Assembly (NCBI GenBank): GCA_013336275.1 | Contig: JAAXUA010000001.1 | Coordinates: forward strand, 142,167 to 206,166 | Length of the DNA: 64,000 bases | Origin: Candidatus Falkowbacteria bacterium | GTDB taxonomy: Bacteria > Patescibacteriota > Patescibacteriia > Patescibacteriales > GWE2-39-37 | Direction of reading: 5' to 3' | Shown: piece after piece, positions 19,599 to 28,564 of the stretch | Layout of the letters: each line of letters begins with the position of its first letter | Numbering within the stretch: the first letter of the stretch is position 1 | Translations under genes and position numbers: made by a program | The notes under the pieces: model-generated | What the model was told of the DNA's origin: nothing | The model's database searches: none | What the model saw: only the letters and a program-made list of their open reading frames with translations

Positions 19599-20850
19599 CT
19601 TTATTAATCTTGGCTCCGAGCGAGCTCAGTCGTGAATCGATCATCTCATAACCTCGCTCGATCTGGTAGATATTATCGATTTCGGTTTTGCCTTGGGCGA
19701 TCAGTCCGGCGATGATCATGGCGATGCCGGCGCGGAGGTCAGGGCTAGTCAGCTTGCGCCCGGCCAATGGCGTCGGACCATTGACCACCACTCGATGCGG
19801 GTCGCACATGATGATGTCGGCCCCCATCTGCGTGAGCATGTCCGTAAAGAGCAGGCGGCGGTCATAGATGGTCTCGTGGATGATGGAGCTGCCCTTGGTC
19901 TGGGTGGCTAGAACGGTGTATGGAGATTGCAGATCGGTGGGGAAGCCTGGATATTCATGAGTCTTAATACTGTAAGCCTTGAGTTTGCTGCTAGGGAAGA
20001 TTTCCAAGAAATCATTGCCGGTCTTGAATTTGACTCCGATTTTTTCAAAGATGCTAAGCAGTATCTCGATGTGCTCCGGGACGCAGTCGGTGACCTTCAG
20101 GTGCGCCTGCGCAGCAGCGGCCAAGATGGCGAAAGTGCCGGTTTCAATGCGGTCAGGAACAATGCGGAAATCCCCGGCCGAAAGCTTATCAACGCCGTCG
20201 ATGACCATGGTCGGAGTCCCGGCGCCTGCGATTTTGGCACCTTGCGAATTCAGATAGTCGGCCAGGGCCTTTATTTCCGGTTCGCAAGCACAGTTTTTGA
20301 GTACGGTTTTTCCTTTGGCTAGCGTGGCGGCCATCATGAGGGTCTCCGTGCCGGTTACGCTGATGGTGGTAAAGAAATAGGAACAGCCCTTGAGGCGCTT
20401 GGCTTCAAGGTGGTAGTAGCCATCCTTGACTGATAGCTTGGCCCCGAATTCTACGAAGCCTTCGAGAAACAAGTCGATCGGCCTCTTGCCGGCGCCGATA
20501 ACGCAACCGCCGGGATGAGGGAAGCGGACTTCTCCGGTGCGAGCTAAAAGCGGCCCGACAAAAACGATCGAAGCGCGGAGCTTGTTGGCAAATTGCGGCT
20601 TAAGTTCGTTGGTCGCGACCTCGGGTACGTGGATGCGGCATTTATCGCCCTCAAGCGTCACTTCAGCACCAAGGTCCTTGATCAGGTCAAGCGCTTGGTG
20701 CACGTCCTCGATCTGAGGCAGGTTGCTTATGGAGATCGGCTGGGCTGAGAGGAGGGCGGCCGGAATAATCTTAAGGGCAGCGTTTTTTGCACCCTTTACG
20801 GAGATTTCTCCCCCGAGCTCATGTCCTCCTTCGATGATATATTTTGGCAT
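19591..20850 (-). CDS. murA: UDP-N-acetylglucosamine 1-carboxyvinyltransferase
   Basis: 419 aa. Begins IEGGHELGGEISVKGAKNAALKIIPAALL. Full-length EPSP-synthase-fold pattern including FPHPGGCVIG. Confidence 0.9.
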   Translation of the reverse strand: MPKYIIEGGHELGGEISVKGAKNAALKIIPAALLSAQPISISNLPQIEDVHQALDLIKDLGAEVTLEGDKCRIHVPEVATNELKPQFANKLRASIVFVGPLLARTGEVRFPHPGGCVIGAGKRPIDLFLEGFVEFGAKLSVKDGYYHLEAKRLKGCSYFFTTISVTGTETLMMAATLAKGKTVLKNCACEPEIKALADYLNSQGAKIAGAGTPTMVIDGVDKLSAGDFRIVPDRIETGTFAILAAAAQAHLKVTDCVPEHIEILLSIFEKIGVKFKTGNDFLEIFPSSKLKAYSIKTHEYPGFPTDLQSPYTVLATQTKGSSIIHETIYDRRLLFTDMLTQMGADIIMCDPHRVVVNGPTPLAGRKLTSPDLRAGIAMIIAGLIAQGKTEIDNIYQIERGYEMIDSRLSSLGAKINKVE

Positions 20851-20965
20851 ATTTTGATTATTAATTATTCTCTACTATTTTATACCAAATTTAGCCTAAA
20901 TTCAAGGTTGGCCGTTTGCCCAAAAATAAGATGATTGTTATAATTAAAAAAAATAACCCAACACT

Positions 20966-22246
20966 ATGAACTATAACCAAGAAGGCCGCGGGCCTGTGAG
21001 GCGGCTAGTTTTTATTACTTTAAGCCTGGTCCTTTTAGTGATCGTTTTTCAAGTCGGATTCGTGGCCGGAAAAATAAATGTCAGGCAAGACCAGATACTG
21101 TCATCAGAACAGTCGAAGTCCAAGGTCATCGAAAAGATATTGGGCATCAATCAGGCCACGCCTGAATCGAATGCCCGGAATGTGGATTTTCAGCTTTTTT
21201 GGGATGTCTGGGATACATTGAAGCAGAAATACGTCAAAAAGGACAGCCTGAAGGAAGAAGACCTGTTTTATGGCGCTATTAGGGGCATGGTCGCCGCCGC
21301 TGGCGATCCTTACACTGTATTTCTCGACCCCAAAGAGTCCAAGGTTTTTGCCGATGATTTGGCAGGCACTTTCGAGGGGATAGGCGCTGAAATCGGCATC
21401 AAGAAAGAGCGGTTACTGATTATCGCTCCGCTTCCCGATTCTCCAGCCGAGAAAGCTGGCCTGCGGGCAGGTGACCGCATCTTGGCAATCAATGGCAGCA
21501 CGACCCTGGGCATGAACGTCGACGAAGCTGTGAGCAAGATTCGTGGTGCCAGGGATACGGTCGTGACTTTGACTATCAATCACAACGGAGAAGATTCAGT
21601 GAAGGAAATCAAGATAACCCGAGGCGTTATCGTCGTCAAAAGCGTAAAGACCTCGATGGGCAAAAATGGCATATATACGGTGGCAGTTACCAGTTTTAAT
21701 GATGATACTGAAGTATTATTCAACCAGGCGGTCGATGATATCGTCGCCAAAAAGCCTAAAGGCATCATTTTGGACTTGAGAAATAATCCTGGTGGCTATC
21801 TGAATGTCGCTGTTAGCATGGCGGGTAATTGGCTCGATAAGGGTACTGTAGTCGTCAGCGAACGGTTCGGTGATGGCAAAAGCGATGAGTATCCCGCTGC
21901 CGGACTGGCGAGGCTCAAGGGCATTCCGACAGTTGTACTCGTGAACCAGGGCAGTGCCTCTGCTTCGGAAATCGTTTCTGGCGCTTTGCAGGATCTTGGC
22001 GTGGCCAAACTTGTCGGTAAGCAGACTTTCGGCAAGGGTTCGGTCCAGGTTTTGGATAAGCTGAAGGATGGTTCTTCGCTTAAGGTCACGATCGCCCAGT
22101 GGTTAACGCCTAAGGGTAATAATATAAGCGAGAAGGGCATAACGCCTGATGTGGTCGTGGAATTCAAGAGTGAAGACTATGAGAACAACAAGGATCCTCA
22201 GATGGACAAGGCGATAGAGCTTCTGACCAAGCCCCAATCCAAGTAA
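20966..22246 (+). CDS. S41 carboxyl-terminal processing peptidase with PDZ domain
   Basis: 426 aa. N-terminal TM; PDZ segment (SPAEKAGLRAGDRILAING); LDLRNNPGGYL; VLVNQGSASASEIVSGAL; GKGSVQ. Confidence 0.85.
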   Translation: MNYNQEGRGPVRRLVFITLSLVLLVIVFQVGFVAGKINVRQDQILSSEQSKSKVIEKILGINQATPESNARNVDFQLFWDVWDTLKQKYVKKDSLKEEDLFYGAIRGMVAAAGDPYTVFLDPKESKVFADDLAGTFEGIGAEIGIKKERLLIIAPLPDSPAEKAGLRAGDRILAINGSTTLGMNVDEAVSKIRGARDTVVTLTINHNGEDSVKEIKITRGVIVVKSVKTSMGKNGIYTVAVTSFNDDTEVLFNQAVDDIVAKKPKGIILDLRNNPGGYLNVAVSMAGNWLDKGTVVVSERFGDGKSDEYPAAGLARLKGIPTVVLVNQGSASASEIVSGALQDLGVAKLVGKQTFGKGSVQVLDKLKDGSSLKVTIAQWLTPKGNNISEKGITPDVVVEFKSEDYENNKDPQMDKAIELLTKPQSK

Positions 22247-22261
22247 AGAAGACCCGATAAT

Positions 22262-22299
22262 AAATAAAAGAGCGGTTCGTACGAACCGCTCTTTTATTT
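22262..22299. terminator. Bidirectional intrinsic terminator
   Basis: AAATAAAAGAGCGGTTCG-TACG-AACCGCTCTTTTATTT palindrome between convergent genes. Confidence 0.8.
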
Positions 22300-22313
22300 A
22301 TTTTGAGATGAGA

Positions 22314-22595
22314 CTATTTGGCTGAAACGACATTGACGATCTTGATCTGACGAAGCTTATTGTTGAACCCAATGATTTTTTTGGTTGAAAACTTCACGAC
22401 GCCGATCGCAGTGGCGAACAAAGTGTCATCCTTGCCGATGCGGACATTGGCACCTGGATGGAATTTGCTGCCGCGCTGCCTGACGATGATTGCGCCTGGC
22501 TTAGCCTGTTCACCTCCATAAAGTTTGACGCCGAGACGTTGACTGTTCGAATCTCGGCCGTTGGATGTGGAGCCACCCGATTTCTTTGTAGACAT
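22314..22595 (-). CDS. rpmA: 50S ribosomal protein L27
   Basis: 93 aa. Reads [26 protein letters not shown]...[26 protein letters not shown]. Confidence 0.95.
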   Translation of the reverse strand: MSTKKSGGSTSNGRDSNSQRLGVKLYGGEQAKPGAIIVRQRGSKFHPGANVRIGKDDTLFATAIGVVKFSTKKIIGFNNKLRQIKIVNVVSAK

Positions 22596-22825
22596 AGGAA
22601 CCGCCCGTTAATTGTTGCCAAGCCACGACTTGAGCTTAACGAGTAATTATTACTAGTATTAAACAAAAAAATAAGATCCCGTAGGGCTTATTTAATAATG
22701 AATTTAGTTTAACATTTAATTACTCATATGTCAACATTTCGACGGCGGGTGAGTACTCGGTTCTTAACAGCCCCGAAGGAGTGAAAAAGAACTGCTTAAT
22801 AAATCTAGCCATTTCTTGTCTTGAC

Positions 22826-22853
22826 TTGACAAGGGCAAATAATCTGATATATT
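22826..22853 (+). promoter_or_regulatory. Sigma70-like promoter of the Rrf2 gene, overlapped by an inverted repeat
   Basis: TTGACA (22826-31), 16-nt spacer, TATATT (22848-53). The inverted repeat CTTGTC-N7-GACAAG (22815-22833) overlaps the -35. Confidence 0.5.
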
Positions 22854-22880
22854 TCTAATACCAAGTAATTTAGTAGGATT

Positions 22881-23285
22881 ATGAAATTTTCAACCAAGAC
22901 CACCTATGGCCTTCGTGCGATGATTTGCCTTGGCCGTAATTGGCAGCAGGGAGATTTGTCATTGACGGAGATCGCCCAAAAGGAAAAGATGTCCTTGTCT
23001 TACTTGGAACAACTATTCGCCAAAATGAGACAGGCGAAGTTGGTAGTCGGTAGCCGCGGGTCAGGTGGCGGTTATCAGTTATCTCGTGAGCCGAAGGCCG
23101 TTTCGGTCTTTGAAATCATCTCTGCCCTTGAGGGCGAGACGGAGTTATTTTATTGTTTGGCTGAAAATGGTAAAATTCATTGTAGTGCGGATTGCCATTG
23201 CGGAGTGAATCTGGTTTTCAAAAAAACCAATGATGCGCTCAAGAACGCATTGACTGATCTGACGCTAGATAAGCTTTTATCATAA
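22881..23285 (+). CDS. Rrf2 family transcriptional regulator (IscR-like)
   Basis: 134 aa. N-terminal wHTH (MKFSTKTTYGLRAMICL...LTEIA) and a C-terminal Cys cluster (CSADCHC). Confidence 0.8.
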   Translation: MKFSTKTTYGLRAMICLGRNWQQGDLSLTEIAQKEKMSLSYLEQLFAKMRQAKLVVGSRGSGGGYQLSREPKAVSVFEIISALEGETELFYCLAENGKIHCSADCHCGVNLVFKKTNDALKNALTDLTLDKLLS

Positions 23286-23340
23286 ACATATCAAACACAA
23301 AAAACTCTCGAAGTTAGCGGTATTCGCTATTTTAGTTGTT

Positions 23341-24051
23341 ATGTTCGGTTTTAAGGCCGTTCAAGCCGATTCGTCTCTGGATTCCGACCATGACAAGGTG
23401 TCTGATCAGGATGAAATCCTGGTTTACCACACTGATCCGCAGAATGCAGACACGGACAATGACGGCTTTACCGATGGCGATGAACTCAAGAACGGCTATT
23501 CGCCATATGATGGCAAAAAAGCGCTTAGGCTTGAGGATGGTGACGCCGATAAAGACGGCTTATCCGACCGAATGGAACTTAATTTCCGTTCCAACCCGGT
23601 AGCGGTCGACACAGACGGCGATGGCTTCGGAGACAACGAAGAAGTCAAGAACGGCTTTGACCCGACCAAGCCGAACGAGAAGCTGGCCAAAAGGATCGAG
23701 GTCAATCTGGCCAAACAGGAGCTCGCGTACTTCCTGGGTAGTGTCAGGCTCGGCACCTCAACCGTTTCTACCGGCCGCCCATCGATGCCGACCCCGAAGG
23801 GCACCTTTAAAATAGCCAACAAGAACCGCCGCGCCTGGTCGAAAAGTTACGGCCTCTGGATGCCTTATTGGATGGGCATTTCCGGCGGACGAGTCGGTTT
23901 CCATGAATTGCCAGAGTGGCCCAACGGTTACAAAGAAGGGGCGAATCATCTGGGCAAGCCTGTGTCTCATGGCTGCATCCGTTTGGGCGTCGGTCCAGCG
24001 GAAAAGCTTTATAAGTGGGCCGAGGTAGGCACTGCTGTAATAATTTATTAA
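23341..24051 (+). CDS. L,D-transpeptidase (YkuD) with N-terminal thrombospondin-type-3-like Ca-binding repeats
   Basis: Four D-x-D-x-D-G-x-x-D repeats (DTDNDGFTDGDE etc.). Catalytic HGCIRL. The true start is probably upstream (see findings). Confidence 0.8.
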   Translation: MFGFKAVQADSSLDSDHDKVSDQDEILVYHTDPQNADTDNDGFTDGDELKNGYSPYDGKKALRLEDGDADKDGLSDRMELNFRSNPVAVDTDGDGFGDNEEVKNGFDPTKPNEKLAKRIEVNLAKQELAYFLGSVRLGTSTVSTGRPSMPTPKGTFKIANKNRRAWSKSYGLWMPYWMGISGGRVGFHELPEWPNGYKEGANHLGKPVSHGCIRLGVGPAEKLYKWAEVGTAVIIY

Positions 24052-24070
24052 TAAGCGATCAAAAGACAAT

Positions 24071-24460
24071 ATGATATATACCAAGCAAGTGATCAAGCAT
24101 TTCAAGAACCCCCACAATCAGGGCGTGATAAAGAATGCTGATGCTGTCGGCCAAAAGGGCAATGCCGCTTGCGGCGATGTGATGAAGATCTATCTGAAGA
24201 TAGATTCGAAGGGGACCAAGTCCAAGCCCGGACCGGTAATCAAGGATATTAAGTTCGAAACTTTGGGCTGTGCCGCAGCAATCGCTGTTTCCTCGGCCCT
24301 GACTGACAGGGTCAAGGGCAAAGGAATCGATGAGGCCTTGGCCATAACCAAGGACGATGTCGTTAAGGATTTAGGAGGGCTTCCAGCGCCGAAAATCCAC
24401 TGTTCCATGCTTGGTCTCGAGGCTTTGCATGAAGCGATCAAACAATATAATTCAAAATAG
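24071..24460 (+). CDS. Fe-S cluster scaffold, NifU N-terminal/IscU-like
   Basis: 129 aa. Three conserved Cys contexts: NAACGD, LGCAAAIA and IHCSMLG. Confidence 0.85.
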   Translation: MIYTKQVIKHFKNPHNQGVIKNADAVGQKGNAACGDVMKIYLKIDSKGTKSKPGPVIKDIKFETLGCAAAIAVSSALTDRVKGKGIDEALAITKDDVVKDLGGLPAPKIHCSMLGLEALHEAIKQYNSK

Positions 24461-24467
24461 CAAAAAT

Positions 24468-24692
24468 ATGAAAGCTAAGATTGAGAAACAACTCGAAAAG
24501 ATCCGTCCAGCCTTGCAAATGGATGGCGGCGATGTCGAATTCGTCAACTTTGATGAGGCTACCGGCAAACTCGAAGTCCGCCTGCTTGGCCACTGCGCGC
24601 ATTGCCCGATGTCGCAAATCACCTTGAAGCAGGGAATCGAGGCGACAATCCGCGAGAATATCCCTGAAGTCAAAAGCGTTGAAGCTGCCTGA
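24468..24692 (+). CDS. NifU C-terminal (Nfu-like) domain protein
   Basis: ATG at 24468. Reads LQMDGGDVEFV...GHCAHCPMSQITLK (CxxC). Confidence 0.8.
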   Translation: MKAKIEKQLEKIRPALQMDGGDVEFVNFDEATGKLEVRLLGHCAHCPMSQITLKQGIEATIRENIPEVKSVEAA

Positions 24693-24693
24693 T

Positions 24694-25935
24694 ATGAAAA
24701 AAGAAAAAGCCATATATTTTGACCATAGCGCCACAACCCCGGTCGATGCCGATGTCCTTAAAGCCATGTTGCCATATTTCTCTGAGAATTATGGCAACCC
24801 TTCTTCAGTGCATCAGTTCGGCCAGCGAGCTATGGCGGGAGTTGACCAAGCCAGGACCGAGGCGGCTAATTTCCTGAACTGCGCCACAGATGAAGTCGTC
24901 TTCACCTCAGGGGCCACCGAGGCCAATAACTTGGCGCTGAAAGGCGTCATTGCGGCCTTGCGCAAGAAAGAGCCGGGCAAGAAACTGCACATCATAACTT
25001 CTGTGGTCGAACACGACTCCGTCCTTGAACCGATCGCCGAATTGGAGCGTTCAGGTGTCGAGGTTACCCATGTTCCAGTAGACAAGAACGGCGTAGTCAA
25101 CTTGAAAAAGATCGAAGCCTCTATCAAGGAAAACACAGCCTTGGTTTCGATCATGTATGTCAACAGCGAAGTCGGAAGTATCCAGCCGATCAAGGCCATA
25201 GGAAAGTCGATTTCTAAAATCAATGACCGAAGATTGAAGGATTGGAATAATCTTAAGCCGGAACTCCGCGCGGAAAAGCCACGACCTATCTATTTCCATA
25301 CTGACGCCACTCAGGCGGCCAACTTTTTTTCTTGCAACACCCAGGCCTTATATGTCGACCTTCTTTCCTTGTCGGCACACAAGATTTACGGTCCCAAGGG
25401 AGTGGGCCTGCTTTATGTAAACAAAAGGGTTGCACTTCTGGCCCAGCAGCTTGGTGGCCACCATGAGAATAACCGCCGCAGCGGTACTATAAACTCCGCC
25501 GGCATAGTCGGCCTGGGGCGAGCCTTGCGTAATCTGACGCCGGAAAACCAAGAAAAGCATAGCCGCAAGATTTATAAGCTGCGTGACTTGCTGGCAGAGG
25601 GGCTTTTGAAAAATATTCCTGGGGCCATACTTAATACCGATCGCCAGAATGCCACGCCAGCCCACGCGCATTTTTCATTTCCCGGCGTGGAGGGCGAGAC
25701 GACCCTTATCGCCCTTGATTTGGAGGGTATTGCCGTCTCTACGGGCTCGGCCTGTGCTTCGAATAGCTTGAAGGCCTCGCATGTGCTTATAGCTATGGGA
25801 ATTAAGGTGGAAGTTGCCCACACTTCGATCCGTTTTACCCTGGGTAAACACAGTGCACCGGCCGACGTTAAGAAGCTGATCACTGTCCTGCCACCGATAA
25901 TCAAGCGATTCAGGGACATGTCACCATTGAAATAG
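24694..25935 (+). CDS. Cysteine desulfurase (NifS/IscS class)
   Basis: ATG at 24694, 1 nt after the upstream stop. PLP lysine SAHKIYGPKGVGLLY and catalytic STGSACAS. Confidence 0.9.
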   Translation: MKKEKAIYFDHSATTPVDADVLKAMLPYFSENYGNPSSVHQFGQRAMAGVDQARTEAANFLNCATDEVVFTSGATEANNLALKGVIAALRKKEPGKKLHIITSVVEHDSVLEPIAELERSGVEVTHVPVDKNGVVNLKKIEASIKENTALVSIMYVNSEVGSIQPIKAIGKSISKINDRRLKDWNNLKPELRAEKPRPIYFHTDATQAANFFSCNTQALYVDLLSLSAHKIYGPKGVGLLYVNKRVALLAQQLGGHHENNRRSGTINSAGIVGLGRALRNLTPENQEKHSRKIYKLRDLLAEGLLKNIPGAILNTDRQNATPAHAHFSFPGVEGETTLIALDLEGIAVSTGSACASNSLKASHVLIAMGIKVEVAHTSIRFTLGKHSAPADVKKLITVLPPIIKRFRDMSPLK

Positions 25936-25981
25936 TCCATAACAAAAACGCCCCCAAGCTGGGGGGCGTTTTTGTTATGGA
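25936..25981. terminator. Bidirectional intrinsic terminator
   Basis: TCCATAACAAAAACGCCCCC-AAGCT-GGGGGCGTTTTTGTTATGGA. Confidence 0.8.
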
Positions 25982-26254
25982 CTAATCAAAAATGTCGTGG
26001 GTACGATCGGGTTCGGGCAGTTCTTTCTTGGCTTTGATGCGTCCAAGAATCTGGTCAAAACGCTTGACGTTGATCGAGTCGTTTGCGACCTTGCCTTTTA
26101 GGTCCAAAAGGCTAACGGAGGAAGTTAGCGTCTGGTAAAAGTTGGTATAAAGGAAGTTGACGGTATAGGCGGTGGCTAAAATACCCGAAATTGCTATCAG
26201 GATGTAGGCGTAAAAAATTATTTTTTTGTATGGGATCTTGTATTTCAGTTTCAT
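25982..26254 (-). CDS. Small membrane-anchored protein, last gene of the pilus operon (hypothetical)
   Basis: 90 aa with one TM (IIFYAYILIAISGILATAYTV). Same strand as, and adjacent to, the pilO-like gene. Confidence 0.5.
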   Translation of the reverse strand: MKLKYKIPYKKIIFYAYILIAISGILATAYTVNFLYTNFYQTLTSSVSLLDLKGKVANDSINVKRFDQILGRIKAKKELPEPDRTHDIFD

Positions 26255-26264
26255 AGATTTAGCA

Positions 26265-26837
26265 TTATTGCCAGTAGGTTTCGACCGACAAGTTCGCTGA
26301 AATATTGTTTCGCGTCATGCCGTTCTCATCGACATTGGTGGCTGAGGTACTGATAATATCAATGGATTTGACATTAACGTAACTGCCTAAGGTTTCAAGG
26401 TCATGGAGGTATGCCAGGAGAGTGCGGTATGAGCCTTCTAAGGAAATTTGCAACGGTATTTTTTTGAAGCTGCTTTTGGATTTCTGGGCCTTGCCTAGAG
26501 CAAGTTTCTGCTTAAGGTTATGCTTGGTCGCTAGCTCCTCCAAGCTGGTGATGAAGTTGACTTGCTCGGTTTCCTTGATGAAGACTTGGTCAAGCGTGGC
26601 GATATCCGGCTCGATTTTCTTAAGGTTGGCATTAAGCTTCTTGATGCTTTGCCCGCGCTGGTATTTTACTTCGAGATCGATCAGCTGCGTGTCGATTTCT
26701 TTCTTGATCCTGTTGATGTCGTCGATATTCGGCAGGATCAGGAAATAAATCAACGAGCCTGAAATCCCGATCAGGACCAGGTTGATCAACAGTATTTTTT
26801 CCTTGAGACCAAGTTTTTTTACGGAAGAAAGATTCAT
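26265..26837 (-). CDS. PilO-like type IV pilus assembly protein
   Basis: 190 aa. N-terminal TM followed by a coiled coil. Follows pilM/pilN with a 4-nt overlap. Confidence 0.5.
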   Translation of the reverse strand: MNLSSVKKLGLKEKILLINLVLIGISGSLIYFLILPNIDDINRIKKEIDTQLIDLEVKYQRGQSIKKLNANLKKIEPDIATLDQVFIKETEQVNFITSLEELATKHNLKQKLALGKAQKSKSSFKKIPLQISLEGSYRTLLAYLHDLETLGSYVNVKSIDIISTSATNVDENGMTRNNISANLSVETYWQ

Positions 26838-27370
26838 GGCTTTAACGACTCAACTTTGAATTTTGTAACTATCTCGAAATTGATATTTTCCTTTTGCAGC
26901 ATGTTGGAGAGGGGAAAATCGAATTTGTCGAACATGACGACGTCTTCGTAGGAATTTTTCAGGGCGATGAGGGCATCGCGGGTTTTGGCTACGCCGGTTA
27001 TGCGGATATTCTTGTCTGAGCTGGCCTTGACTGAAGTGAAAACGATATCATCCGGAGTCGAGGTTGCCAGCTGGTCCAGCAGTTTGGTCCAGACGATGAA
27101 ATCGGTCTGTACCTGGTCGACTGAGGTGATCTTGTTGTTGATGTCGCGGACCTTGGATGCTGAGCCCTGGGTATTCTTGGTGATGAGGGTGGTCTGGTCG
27201 ATGGTGGTATTGAAAGTGTTTTGCAATAAGATTTTTGCGACCAGGATGAGGATGGCGATAAGGCAGACGAAAATAATCACGACCAAGTCGATTTTCTTAA
27301 GGAGAAGATGCAGGTGCTTGATTTTTATCTCTTTCTTCTTTTGTTCAGAGATTAGGTTAAGGGTAATCAT
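26834..27370 (-). CDS. pilN: PilN-like type IV pilus assembly protein
   Basis: 178 aa. Short basic N-terminus (LISEQKKKEIKIK), then a TM, then a periplasmic domain. Lies directly after pilM. Confidence 0.6.
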   Translation of the reverse strand: MITLNLISEQKKKEIKIKHLHLLLKKIDLVVIIFVCLIAILILVAKILLQNTFNTTIDQTTLITKNTQGSASKVRDINNKITSVDQVQTDFIVWTKLLDQLATSTPDDIVFTSVKASSDKNIRITGVAKTRDALIALKNSYEDVVMFDKFDFPLSNMLQKENINFEIVTKFKVESLKP

Positions 27371-27375
27371 GCCGA

Positions 27376-28521
27376 CTATAATTCATCAATGAATAATCCG
27401 CGCAACCCGAGGCCGATAGCGGTGGCGAATGCTAGGCTCGAGTTTTGGGTATATGTAAGGTCGTCGCCGGAGTTATTTTTACCAGCATCAAGTGAAAGGC
27501 TGTAAGTCTCGGCAAAAAGGTGGTTTATTTTTTCGCGGTCATCCTTGATGTTCAATAGCGGATCACCGAGCAAAACCGGCAAACCGAGCGAATCGGCCAA
27601 TATCTTGTCGATGTTCTCGATATTCGAACCGCCTCCGCACAAAAAAACGCTGCCGATCGCGCCTTGCCCAGGGAAGTGCGTTTCATAATAGCTTAGGACC
27701 TCTTTTATTTTTTTGACCAATTCGCCGATCTGGCTTGCGAGTATCTCACGGATGACGCCTTCGGCCTTTTCCTCATCCAGCCCGCAGATTATCTTGGCGC
27801 GCTCGGCCTGGTCGCGGTCTATCTTCAGGTTGTCGGCGATGTTCTTGGTTACCGCCTCTCCGGAAATCGGCAAGCTGACCGTAAAAAGGATGGTCTTGTG
27901 CGCGTAAAAAATCATGCTAGTCCGCTTGGCTCCGATGTCGAGTATGGCATAGTTGTTGGTCTGGTCGCTTTTGATTCGGCTATTTTCTTCCGGTAGGAGG
28001 GCTCGGCAGATGGCACTGGACTCGATCTCGAGGGCAAAGACTGAAAGCCCCAGCTCATCAAAGATGTTGGAGTAGTCGTCGACAATCTGCTTCGGCGCTG
28101 CGCCAAGCAGGACGAGATTCTTGCCCTGATCCTTGCTGACGATCTGCCAGTCGAAGTATATTTCGTCGACAGGCAAGGGAATATGCTTTTCCATCTCGGC
28201 CAAGATCGTTTCTCTCAAGTCGTTCGGGCCGTTGTCAATCTCGATAAGTTTTACGAAGGTTTTGTTTTCTGGCAGGCAAGCGGTCACTTCATGGGAAGAG
28301 ACCTTGCCGAAGCGAGGAGTGTCTATCAGATTTTTCAGGTATTTAACCAGTTCGTCGCGGTTCTTTATTTCGCCGTCGTCAATAATGCCGGCCGGAAGGT
28401 CGATCTTGCTTATTGCTTGGATGGAAAATGATTCACCGGCCTTGTTCAGTTGGACGAGCTTGAGGGAAAAATCGGAAATGTCCAGGCCGATGGGAAATTC
28501 GGAAGTATTGCTGAGTAGCAT
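27376..28521 (-). CDS. pilM: Type IV pilus assembly protein PilM (actin-like ATPase fold)
   Basis: 381 aa. Motifs IGLDISDFSLKLVQL, ILDIGAKRTSMIF and FLCGGGSNI. Confidence 0.8.
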   Translation of the reverse strand: MLLSNTSEFPIGLDISDFSLKLVQLNKAGESFSIQAISKIDLPAGIIDDGEIKNRDELVKYLKNLIDTPRFGKVSSHEVTACLPENKTFVKLIEIDNGPNDLRETILAEMEKHIPLPVDEIYFDWQIVSKDQGKNLVLLGAAPKQIVDDYSNIFDELGLSVFALEIESSAICRALLPEENSRIKSDQTNNYAILDIGAKRTSMIFYAHKTILFTVSLPISGEAVTKNIADNLKIDRDQAERAKIICGLDEEKAEGVIREILASQIGELVKKIKEVLSYYETHFPGQGAIGSVFLCGGGSNIENIDKILADSLGLPVLLGDPLLNIKDDREKINHLFAETYSLSLDAGKNNSGDDLTYTQNSSLAFATAIGLGLRGLFIDEL

Positions 28522-28564
28522 AAAATATTTAGATGCGGAACCACATTTAAATTATAGCATATTT

